A DNA stretch of 64,000 nt, from IMG/VR virus record IMGVR_UViG_3300032092_000024; one strand, 5' to 3'. Position 1 is the stretch's first letter, and the number at the start of each line of letters is the position of its first letter. Source of the DNA: an uncultured virus (IMG/VR IMGVR_UViG_3300032092_000024). Lineage: Duplodnaviria; Heunggongvirae; Uroviricota; Caudoviricetes. Below are positions 44,719 through 55,600 of this stretch, one piece after another. The translations under genes were made by a program, and so were the position numbers. The notes below the pieces were generated by a model. It did no database searches. It was not told the origin of the DNA and saw only the letters and a program-made list of their open reading frames with translations.

Positions 44719-44951
44719 TAGGATTTCCCTAGCCCAGTTTTCTTCTTCCAGCTTATCGGTTCTGAGCTTACTTTCTTACGCATGGAAGAATTGCACATGG
44801 ACTTAGTCGGCCTGCAAGCTGGGTAGCTTCCGCCAGACTTAGCACTCTCACGCCCACAAGGCCCGCCAGTCTTACAGTTAATCCAGCCCTTGCCTTTGTT
44901 CCGGGAGAACCAACCGTGCAAACCTTTCTTCTTTTCAAGTTCAAAGCCCAT
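44718..44951 (-). CDS. Small basic Cys-containing protein ending GLGKS
   Basis: GL.GWF...W....GGPCGR...YPACRP motif. Confidence 0.6.
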   Translation of the reverse strand: MGFELEKKKGLHGWFSRNKGKGWINCKTGGPCGRESAKSGGSYPACRPTKSMCNSSMRKKVSSEPISWKKKTGLGKS

Positions 44952-45352
44952 TATTTCTTCCTTTCCATTTCTGTTCTTAGCAAACGAATATAGTCCTTTT
45001 GTTCTTGTGTCCCCACACCGCTAGTTGGGTCTCCCGTAAAAAGCCTGGCGGCAATTGTTGCCAGCCGGTCTTCTTCTTTAGCATCTTTATAATAGGATGA
45101 AGTATCAAGATAATCTGTTTGTTCTTTTGTGAGTGCGAAGTTTGGCTTTGGAACTTTACCGGTTCGTATTAGTACTCGCGCTGTTTCGTTTTGCGCGACC
45201 GCTTGTTTTTCTGCGTCACTCAAAGACGAGTAGGGATTTATGATGACCGCATTATCTTCTGTTGCCATTCCAGAAACCTTTGGATTTTTTTTGAAAAACT
45301 CTAGTTCGCTCGGGAAAGGTTTCCGTATCATGTTGGTTTTACCGAGGGGCAT
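44951..45352 (-). CDS. Protein starting MPLGK
   Basis: 133 aa; AAGGAG SD. Confidence 0.6.
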   Translation of the reverse strand: MPLGKTNMIRKPFPSELEFFKKNPKVSGMATEDNAVIINPYSSLSDAEKQAVAQNETARVLIRTGKVPKPNFALTKEQTDYLDTSSYYKDAKEEDRLATIAARLFTGDPTSGVGTQEQKDYIRLLRTEMERKK

Positions 45353-45353
45353 A

Positions 45354-45506
45354 TTATTTTTTCTCCTTGTTACCCCAATTAGCTGCTCCTACTTTACGGC
45401 ACTTCACCAAAGCTCCGCTGGCGTAGGCCGAAGGCCATACCGCGTAACGAGCTTTCACCTTGCGGGTACAGGCATCGTTGGATTTCTTTTTACCTATTCC
45501 GCCCAT
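45354..45506 (-). CDS. 50-aa basic protein starting MGGIGK
   Basis: Below the track cutoff: MGGIGKKKSNDACTRKVKARYAVWPSAYASGALVKCRKVGAANWGNKEKK. Confidence 0.65.
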   Translation of the reverse strand: MGGIGKKKSNDACTRKVKARYAVWPSAYASGALVKCRKVGAANWGNKEKK

Positions 45507-45790
45507 ATAGACTTTCCAGCGGCCATCCTTTGTCTCGCAAAGTCGGCTGCTTTCTTTATCATTTCTGGGGTAGCTTGTTCATTACGTTTTAATTTTTCAA
45601 TTTCTAAAAGATTAAGAGTCGGAACAATCAGAGGAATTAAAGTTTCTTTCCCATCAAAATTAACTCCTATGGACTTTTCTGTCATTATACTACCGTCTGT
45701 TGTTTTAATTGGGCCCATCCATCCACGACCTTTTGCTGTGCCATCTTCCCGCAATCCATAGTTATTGGTGGGTTGTTTACCGAGAGGCAT
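45494..45790 (-). CDS. Protein starting MPLGK
   Basis: 98 aa; YG.R.DGT.KG.GW.G...MTE.SIG...IPL.VPTL. Confidence 0.6.
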   Translation of the reverse strand: MPLGKQPTNNYGLREDGTAKGRGWMGPIKTTDGSIMTEKSIGVNFDGKETLIPLIVPTLNLLEIEKLKRNEQATPEMIKKAADFARQRMAAGKSIWAE

Positions 45791-45791
45791 A

Positions 45792-46088
45792 TTAGTATTT
45801 CCCCTTTCGGTTGGCTGGGCTGGATTGGGTAGACCCGCCTGGGCCGGCCCATAAATTTTTACAAGCCCAGTACTTGGCGCTTAACTTAGTTCCAGGGTTG
45901 TCGCAGTTATGGCGAGCCCGGAAAGATTTGCGGGCAGCTGAAGAGTAATTGTGCCCGTACCCTTTGGCCCCAAAGTGTACAAGCCTTTCTTTCCCGCCCT
46001 CACAGGCTTTGACCATTCGCTTCTTGCCTGGCCGTGTGCTTGGCCGGGGTTGGTTACATGGCATACTTGCTTTTCCTAGTCCTGGCAT
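45792..46088 (-). CDS. Small basic protein starting MPGLGK
   Basis: AAGGAG SD; KK..V.....K...VHFG...RKSFRARHNC......A.YW.C..LW. Confidence 0.65.
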   Translation of the reverse strand: MPGLGKASMPCNQPRPSTRPGKKRMVKACEGGKERLVHFGAKGYGHNYSSAARKSFRARHNCDNPGTKLSAKYWACKNLWAGPGGSTQSSPANRKGKY

Positions 46089-46089
46089 A

Positions 46090-46644
46090 TTACTCCTTTG
46101 CTCCCGCCATCCTTGATTCAATGATGCTTGGGTCCATGGCCGGAGTGTTTTTCATAATTGTCTCGAAGTCTTTCACAAGACCACGGAGTCCTTTGGTGTA
46201 CACCCCAACGTCTTCAGTAAAGTATCCACCCTTCTTTAAACCTTTGGCGTAGTCTTCAACCGTCTTAGCTTTTCTTGCATCCTCATATTGTTTCTTGCTA
46301 AGTCTTTCAGCCCACTTATTATAGAACGCATCGGTGCTGGGGTAAGCACCAAACCTGCTCACCTCGACGCGCCGTGTTGCCCCGTATCCCTCGGCTGATG
46401 GGTACATTGCGCCGGCTTCAGAAGCCCCAACCTTTACACCCCCCAAATTGTTTTGCTCTTTGGCTAACTTTGACTCTCCCCAGCCAGATTCAAATGCGTT
46501 TTGTGCCATGAGATAAGAGGGAGGAACCCCAAGAACTTTGGAGGCTCGCTCTGCGTTATTATAAATCTTGTTGAAAAAATCAATTTTTTTCTGGGACATA
46601 GGGCCCAGTTGCTTCTTCCATTCTTCTTCGTTTTGCGGGGGCAT
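46090..46644 (-). CDS. GH73 glucosaminidase (FlgJ-like peptidoglycan hydrolase)
   Basis: AQ..FESGWG.S, NNLGGVK, L..GGYFTE; promoter TTGAAA-16-TACAAT-6-ATG at 46678-46651. Confidence 0.85.
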   Translation of the reverse strand: MPPQNEEEWKKQLGPMSQKKIDFFNKIYNNAERASKVLGVPPSYLMAQNAFESGWGESKLAKEQNNLGGVKVGASEAGAMYPSAEGYGATRRVEVSRFGAYPSTDAFYNKWAERLSKKQYEDARKAKTVEDYAKGLKKGGYFTEDVGVYTKGLRGLVKDFETIMKNTPAMDPSIIESRMAGAKE

Positions 46645-46666
46645 GGCGTTATTGTAAAGACTATTT

Positions 46667-49600
46667 TTACTGTTTCAACCCCTGTTGTTTTTGCATCCGT
46701 TCCAGTTGAGTTCTCATCAAAGCGGCTTTCTTGACCGGGTTGGTGACACGGGAAACGATCTCGCGAATTACGTTCGGGTCTTCAGTGTTTAGGATAAGAT
46801 TAAAGATACGGGGATTGGACAGCACCTTAACCATGTCGGGTCCAGCGAGCTGCATCCAGTCGTACTTTTCCTCTCCGCTCAAACGCTTACCAAGGAACAC
46901 GGCATTGCTCAACTCACGCTGGGCTTGTCCCGGGGCAATCGATCCGCTTGCGATCTTGTCCTGAACTTCCTTAACTGCGATATCGGAAAGGGAGCTTGGG
47001 CTCCAGTCGATGCCCACTCGCTTCGCTGCGAGCAATGCGAATACTCGCTCCTCGGGATCGGCAGAATTGATATCCGCACCGAGTGAGAATGCCCGCTTGG
47101 CCAATGGAATACCGCGGAGCAATGGAACCTTGATAGGAGTTCCAAGCATCGTAAGATCGGGGCGGGCGATCTTATCTGCTCCAGGGATGGAGGTGGCGAA
47201 AGGGATACTGCGTAGGAACGCAGAAGTAATTCCGACTTGGGCGGGTTTACCAGAAGGAGTCTGCATCAAGCCGTCGAGTGTTGATTCCAAATCTCGCAAG
47301 GTTGCGTAGGCTGGTACGAAAGTAGTGGCTCCGAGATTACCAACGAAATCCGAGAACGCCTTGAGTCTTCCTTCCGCACCTTGCTGTTGGGGATAAGCGG
47401 CATTGAATACTCGCTTGAGCCCGTTCATAAAGGCGAGGTCGAGGAAGCCAAAGCCAACCATCGGGAGGGCAGCCGCGGCCGCAGTGGTCAAGGCTTCTGC
47501 ATCGCTACGCTTAGAGTAACGCTGGGCTTCGACAACGATAGCGAGAGGCATGAGGAATCCAACCAGTCCGAATGGTAGAGTTTCCCAACTGATAAACCTT
47601 GCGTTGCCGCTTTTGAAAGACCCGATCTGGATTGACTTACCACGACCGCCGGCCGCTCGGAAAGCTTTGGCTTGCGCGGGATCGTCTGGGCCATTGTTAT
47701 GAATCATGAAGTCAGGATCGTCTTCGCGATCAGGTCCCCATGCTCCAGCCGAACGGAGAACAGCGAGCAGGATTGCGAAAGCTGCATGACCGAGAACTAC
47801 CTTGCCAACTTGGATATTGTAGGCGTTGGTTCCGGGAGTAGGGGCTTCGGTGCGGAACTTAGAACCTTTCTCGGTGAGAGTTCCGGCTCCGACAATCAGA
47901 CGCTTCAAGCTCCAAGCAGGAATCCAGTTAAGACTTTCGTTAGTCAAACTACTGGCAGTCTTCAAGAACTTAAAGATTGTGCGGGCCGACCAGTGGTTGG
48001 TTCTGGCGAAGGTTTGCAGACCGCTCAACACGCGACCAATCGATCCTTCAAAATCGTTGGTGAAGGTAGAACGCTTGGCATACTGGGACGCAAGGTCGGT
48101 CAACTGCTGGCCAGCCTGATCTCGGCCTTGCTCTATAATCTCCTCGACACGCATAGCTTTTTGGAACGGGTTGAGATTAAATCTTTCAGCTTCTTCTTCA
48201 GCCTGGGCGATTGCCATATTCCTAGCCTCTGGGGTGTAGTTCAACAAGCGCATGGCTTCGGCATCCAGTTCGGCTGGGTCGGAATACTTCTGTCCTGCCA
48301 GCCGGTAAGCTTCGGCAATCTCCATGGCTTTCTTTGCGCCGAGTTTATTGAAGGCGTCACCCATCGCCATAGCTTGGCTAACCCACACAGGAGGGGAGAG
48401 AAGAGAATCGACAACTTTACCAGTTGCCGTGAAGGGGTTAAGAGGCAAAGAAAACTTCAGGCCAAACGGAAGATTGATTTCTTGGTATGCGTCTTCGACA
48501 CTTAGCTTACCTTTGCGGACGTTATCAATCTTCTGCTTCATCGCCTGGAACATATTGACAGTAGAATAATCACCGCTGGCCATGTCTTGAGCAGCGGACA
48601 AGTCACCCTTGCGGATAACATTCATGGCATCCCACGCAAGACCTTCGCCACCCATCCACTTGGGCAGAGCGACTTGGAAGAGTCTGGCGATACCATTGAA
48701 TCCTGCCTTGCCAGCCGCCGTGTTGCCGAACAATCCCTCAACGCCGTTGGTCAAAGCCATCAAGCCGACGTCAGTAAGAACTTGAACAGTACCCCCGTAG
48801 GTGTTGACGCCAAGGGTACTGACAGACGCCAGCAAGTTGAAGGTTTGGAAATCCACAAGCATGTCACCCCATGCGATCGGAGCCGAAGTTTTAATGAACC
48901 CGAGCAGATCGTTCAACGCCTGCTGACGGAGCATACCTTCGGGGCGACGGGCAAGGTTCTTAACTCTTTTGTCGATCTCGGCTCTCACCTCTGCTGTAAT
49001 CTCCGGCAACCCAATGGACTGACGGATCATGCTAAACAGTTCGTCATCACGCAGTGCGCCTAAGTTAGTCGCTTCAATCAAACGATCTAAGGCAGAACGA
49101 ATCTTGCGTGTCTTCTTCTCCGCACGTTTTTCCATTCGCCGTTTGATGCTCTCGAGTTCACGGATACGTTCGAGTCTGATTGTCTCGCGGAGTGCGCCCA
49201 TGAGATAACGTTTAACCTTCTGCGTATCTTCGTCGGACAGATTAGTATCCTTGAGCATTGCATCTTGGAAGTTCTTACCAAACCGGACAACGTCTCCGTT
49301 GCTTTGGCGGATAAGGTTCTTGATATTCACCGACACTCCGCTTTGGATATTATCCTTGGAATTGAGTGCCGCCTTAAAGTCGGAAACAGTTAGAGGAAAA
49401 TCCAACGCTCCGTCGATCAAAGGCTCGAGGGCTTCAACCTGATCTTCCGTGTAGTCTGTACGCAAAGTTGAGATCGCCTGGTCCAAAGCCCTCTGGAAAA
49501 AGGGCAAGTTGGCAATACGTCCCTTGAACTTTTCTCCAGCTGTGGGGGGCGCGGGGCGTTCGTATTTTTCTTGCAACCCACCAAGTCTCTTGATCTCCTG

Positions 49601-52600
49601 CCGAATGTTGCGTTCGAAATCTTTCTTAAACAGAGTCATCATCTGAGCTTTGACAGGCTCCTTATCAAGGTTAGCCGCTATGTTCGCCAGAGTTTTAGCA
49701 AAAGCTATGCCGTAATCCCTCGCCGTATTTCCAGTAGGAGCGACGACAACTTTCTTCTTAGCTTTGGTTTGCTTGGATACTTCACGGAATTTCTCTTCGG
49801 ATTCTTCCAAAGTCCTGACGGGGTACTGCAATTTGTTGACCTGTTGAGTTAGCTTCTCTTGAACAGAGATAGCCGCTGCTTTTCCGTAGTTCTCGATCTC
49901 ATCTGTGGTGAGCCCCATCTTTTCGTAGTAAGAACGAAGAGCCGAGAAATCTTCAAACAGGACATCGACAGCTTCTGGATCGACTTGGGAAACGATATTA
50001 ATGTGGGCCAACAATGCTTCTGCCAAGTCATTGATTGCATCTTTGTTGAGACGGATTTCGTCATCGGGACGGCTGGCGGCAGATACTTTACCCAGCCGGC
50101 GTTTGAATCTCTGCAAGCTTTCGATAACAACCTGGTCTTGGTTTGCTCGGCGCAAAGCTTCGAGCAGTCCAGAAACGCGTCCCGATGTTGGGGTTTTCGG
50201 CGTTAGTTCTTCAAGCTTATCGATAACTTTCTTGACCCCAGGATTAGAGAGAAGTTCATTGACTGCTTTGCCGTTGGCGTTGGCCAGGCTCAAATCAATA
50301 TCATTCAACTCAGGTAGATAAGGTTCAATCCTATGCTTGGCTGCCTGCTCGAGAGTTTTGTTGATGACGAAGTTCATCGCCGTTGGTTTCCCGGCTACGA
50401 TGTTGAATACCTTGGCCAACTCGACCGAACGTCCAGCCTCAGTAAAGTATTTCTTTGTCAGGAAGATTTGGAGATTGGCCATATCCTCGGCCGCATCTGG
50501 GTCTTCATCTGCCCGGGCGTTTAGATCAGATACAACTTGCAAGGCAATGGCAGTTTCAAGAGAGAAAGGAATTGCTAGGTTGTCGGCCAGCAATAGAGAA
50601 ACAGTTTGCTCAACGCCGTGAAGCTCGACGAAGTCGCGGGCTTTCTGCATGAGAACTTCTTTGGGCTGTTGTTTGTACTCAGCCGCGTTCCGCATATAGT
50701 GTTCAATCTCAGGGTTGGCCTGAAGATCGGCAAGTTTGTTGACGGCTTTGGAGTATTCGATTCTTCCAGCGGGCGAAGCTCCGGCACCACGGACGGGACC
50801 AACTTTAGAGAAGACGTAGGCGTAGCTGGTCGAATTCTGGATTCTGTAGTATAGCAATTTACGTTTTTCAAGCGGGTAGCTTTCCCCTTCAAAGGTAATC
50901 GGCTGGTTCTTATTGGTCTTATAAAGAGTATTGATGGTAGATACCAGAGCCTGATTGGGTGTTTTCTCAACCCCAGACACAACCTCATATCCGGGCAACG
51001 CAAGATTGTACCGGATGAATGGCTTGGCGGGAGTGGACATCAACCTCAAGTCCACAGTATGAATCCGAGGGTCGGGCTTAAGCCGTTGGTCTAACGGGAT
51101 CGGATTGTTGTTCGAGTCGAACGTAACGGGGTCGGCGGAACCAATCGCTACCGGTAGAATCACCGCACCCTCCCAGTTCCTGCGCGCTCTTTCCAAGGCG
51201 TGCTGGAAGTTAAGCCCCTTCATTCCGTCAATGAAAGGTTCCTGCCCATCAAACTTAACGACAACAACAATCTCTGTTGAGTATTGAGCCTGATCGTACA
51301 TTTGATTGTCCGTTCCATCAGCCTTAAAGCCAACGTAAGCAAGAGGAGTATTGGCGTAGTTGGTGGACGGGTATGGGCGGGCGAACCGCAGGGCGGCTTT
51401 CTCGAAGATCTTTCCGGCCAATCCGAATTGATTGTTGGCGATAGCTTTATCGTATTCGGCTTTTTCTTGCTCGGTTACACGGAGTGAAACAGGAGAACTC
51501 CCAACCGCGGCTCTCCGCGGGAAGCGTTGTTTGATATCTATCACGGTACCGCGATTATCCCTAACAATAGGATCGGCTTGTTTGATCTGGGTATTGGAGA
51601 AAACAATGTACGAATCAGACGGGACAAATGTTCTGCCAGCCGCTTCGTCAGCGATCTTACCTTCAAAGTTATTGGTATAGATCACACCATCATATCCCTT
51701 TTGGATAAGGATTCTTTGAAGCGCAGATTCTCTGAAGCCACCAGTCTTTCTCAGATTGGCGATGGCGTCATACTCTTCTTGGGTAATGGTGTTAGAGGCG
51801 AGCAACTGCGGGGCAATAGAATCAAAATTCCACTTACCGTTTTTTGGGTCTTCAAGACGGATAGGGTTAACCAGTTTGATAGCAGCTCGATAAACATTCT
51901 TTCCAGAGCTTTCCGCCTGCTCGAAACGCGATCCAAAGTGAGCCCCAAACTGCGGACTCTTGGTCGAGCTAGTACTTTCAAATACCTGCTTGGGGTCCGT
52001 CGAGAACGCGGGGAACGCCTCGGCGGAAGTTCCATGCCAGACACCAACGAGGTTAAATCCTTCAGCCTTAAGATTGTCGTCTACAATTTTCTGGGCTAGC
52101 AGAATGTTCTGAGATAGAACAGCGGCTTTATAAATTGCATTCTCATTCTGTTCAGCGGGAGATTCTCCATCATTGAAAGCGGCAATCTTTTCGCGTAGGG
52201 CGAGAACTTCCTTGCGCATCTTCATCCACTGTGCGCGTTCGGCTTTTGCCTCTTTACTTTCCTCACCCGTCTCAACATTAATGATAGGGAAAGCCCCGCT
52301 GCGGTCGTCACCCAGCACATCAATATCGTCAATGATCAGCTTCAAGGCATTTAATTGCCAAGCCTCAGTGGAGGTGTCTTGTTCAAGGGGTTCGGATTCT
52401 TCCAAGGAATCGATCCTAGCTTGGACTTCATCCCGGCTAGGTTTGGGTAGAGATTCGATAATTCCGGCAACCGTCACGCCGGCCTTCTTCATGTTGTCGA
52501 CCTGCCTGTTGACGCTTACGGGGGACTTGGTGAAGGGGACGAAAGCTTCCACGGGCAATACAATTCCACCTTCCTCAAGAGGAGTTTCGGTCAAATCTTC

Positions 52601-55600
52601 CGTAACTTTAAGAGCATTATTGTTAATAACATAAAGGCTGGCTTTGCCATCACGTAGGGCCATTTCCGTGGCTGCTTTGTAAATCATGTACTCTTCTTTT
52701 GTAATCAGCCCACCATTGAAAGCGCCGGTTAAAGCATTCAACCATTGGGCTATTGGCATTGTCCTTGCGTTGTCATTCGCGGGCATGACGCCAAGGATTC
52801 CGGTTGCAAGGTTTCCTTCGAGGAAGTTATTGATCTGGCGGTAAAGCCGAAGATCTCCGAAATCAAGTTTGGTGGGCTGGCGCAAAGCGTTCGGGGATTC
52901 CCCAGTAAAAACTTCCTCCTTAGGAGAGATCTCGCTCACAAGATTCTCTAGGTCTTTTCTAACTTCCTCCAAGGCTGATCTCAAAGCCTGAGCATTTGGA
53001 GCCTTAGACGTCCCCAATTTAGTCCCTACTCCCGACAACGTATCAATAAAGTTCTTCAACCATTCTAACAATTTCTCAATGAACCCAGTGTTTTCGCCAA
53101 CTGTCATTGTCTTGATAAGATTATAAGCCCTTACAGCTTCTTGACGATTTTGTCCAATAGCGGAAATTTCTGTGGTTTTCCCAAATGTTCTTAACTGTGT
53201 GAGAATTCTTTTGTACTCAAGAGCAATCAAGAAAGGATCGTTCATGAGATCATTGACATTCTTCTGTGCGGCTTCGTTGTTAATCGGGATTCCGTGTTTT
53301 ATGTAGTAAAGTTCAGCAACAAGACGACGTAATCCCAGGCTCATCATGCTTCCAAGTCGTGTGTTCTCTTGCACAACATCTTCACCGCGGGCTCTGGAAT
53401 TTCTAAAATCCTCAACGTGAATAATTTCTTCAGCAAGAATCTTAGCAATATATTCTCTTGCCTGTTCTTCGGTTAACTCATACTGGGCAACAGCCGCAAG
53501 AATTCCTTCTGGGTTAATTACAATCTTGTCGTCCTCATCGCTATCCCCAGGGAACGCCATACCGACTCCGTCGGCTTCGTTATCAAACTCAACATTGTAG
53601 TTGCCGTCTGGGTACACTTCTTGAAGAGCCGCGGTAACTTGATTCTCAAGTCTGGAAGTTGGGGTTTCGGCTTTTGGGGCAGGCTCAATTTTGATGGTCT
53701 GAGTCTTTGCTCCCTCAACTTGAGTCGGCTCCGGCTTGAAGGTAGGTTTGTTAATCGGATTGTCGTTGACGTCCAGCTTATCGAAGCCTGCTTCCATGGT
53801 CGCGTTGAGCGAACGGATACGAGCGGAATGACGATCCAATGCCCATTGGTCAGCATCCGTATCGGAGATGAGCATGTACACATCAACAGGGCTGGCCGTG
53901 TCTAGACGCCACGCGCGATAGATACCTTGGACGGTATCGATAGCTGTGACAGAAGGAGTGAGCATGATAATCGAACGACGACGTCCACCGTTGGCTGGGC
54001 CAAACTTATCGTCTAATTCAATACCAACTCCACCCTTGTTTAAAGTCGTGATAAGAACGTCGGCGTTCTGTTTGTTGAACAAGTCAATCGATTGTTTATC
54101 CTGGCCCTTCGGTCCTTTGGCTTCTCCGTGGAGTTCAGCCACAACCGCGGCCGATTTGCGACGGGCGAGTTCTTTGCGAATAAGATCTGCTGTACCTTTT
54201 AACCCCAAGATATACTCGTCAGTAACTGGGTTATTGATCTCAGAATCCTTTACATAGGAAACATACAGCACTACTTGTCGACCGAGTGCTACTTCTTTTT
54301 CGATCAAGTCGCAAGCGGCATTAACTTTAAACTCTTCTAACGCGCGTCTTTGAGAAATAATTAAGTTAATTTCAGCCCCAGGAGTTTCAGGATTGGGATA
54401 CTTTTGGCGAATGAAATCCAAACGTTCTTTGGCTTCTTCGGATACTGGAACGTCGACTCGGTTGACGGTTACTCCGCCTTCCAACGAGAACGATCTGGAA
54501 GAAAACAATCCGATACTAGACAATCCCTTGAGGAGTTTTGACTGCCTATCGTCGAGTTCTTCTAACGATAACGCGGGGTCTGCAATCCATGTTGAGCGGT
54601 TACTCTTGCCAAGCTTGGCCTTAACCTGGCCTAAGCCCGTCATTACCTGGTCGAAAGAGGCTTTGTCGAAAATACCTAGACGCTCATAAGCTTTGAGTTG
54701 TTCGGGTTTCTCGAATGGGGTTCCAGATGCAAACAAAACTTTGTCCGCTAGCAAAGATATTTCAAGAGCTAGAGGGGCTTCTTTCTGACCCTTCTCCTGA
54801 GCCTTGTGAACACCACGAACGCTTTGATGTTCGTCGAACAAAACCACAGCATCCGGGTTTTCTCTAACTACTTTGGCGACGTCGTCGATGTAATTATAAG
54901 TTGTGACAACTACTTTCCCGGGGAAAAGCTCGGTAAGCCCGGGCCCTTCTTTCGCTCCACGGACAACAAGCGGAACGCCGAGAGCTTCTGCTGCCGTCGC
55001 TATCGACCCCTCAACCCGGCTGTTCAACCAATCAATATTCTTGAATGATGTGGCCGAGCTGATGTAGATAACCTTTTTACCCTGCTCGGCGTAGTGCTTT
55101 GCCGCGCCCATGAGAACAAAACTCTTTCCAGTTCCGGGTCCGTTGGCCAACAAGAATGCCCGTTGCTGAGATTCATCCATCGCTGAGATGGCCGAAACAA
55201 GATCATAAATCTGTTCCTTGAACAGAATCTGAAGCGTAGCGGGGCTGATTGTCTTTCTTACATTCGGGTTGATTTGACTGTGGGCTCCGAAGGGGAAGAC
55301 GAACTTCTTGGGGAGGGCTGGACCTTTGCCCCGAACCCCCACTGCCTCTGTGCCAACAACTCCTCCGGAGTTAGGAAGTTGTCCTGACTCTCCTGCTTCA
55401 GCGACTGCATCACCTCCTGCGGGCTTTTGCGTGGGCTGTTTCCCCTCGGGTCTGGTAACGGCACTGGGCTCAGGTTGAGTTGTCCCAGCAGTTTCTGTCG
55501 TAATGACTGTGGGGGATACGACACCTTTGGTTCGCTTAGAGAGGTTTTTGACGGCTCGTTCGTCAGAGTTTCTTGCGGCTTCATCTTCTGCTGTTTCATA

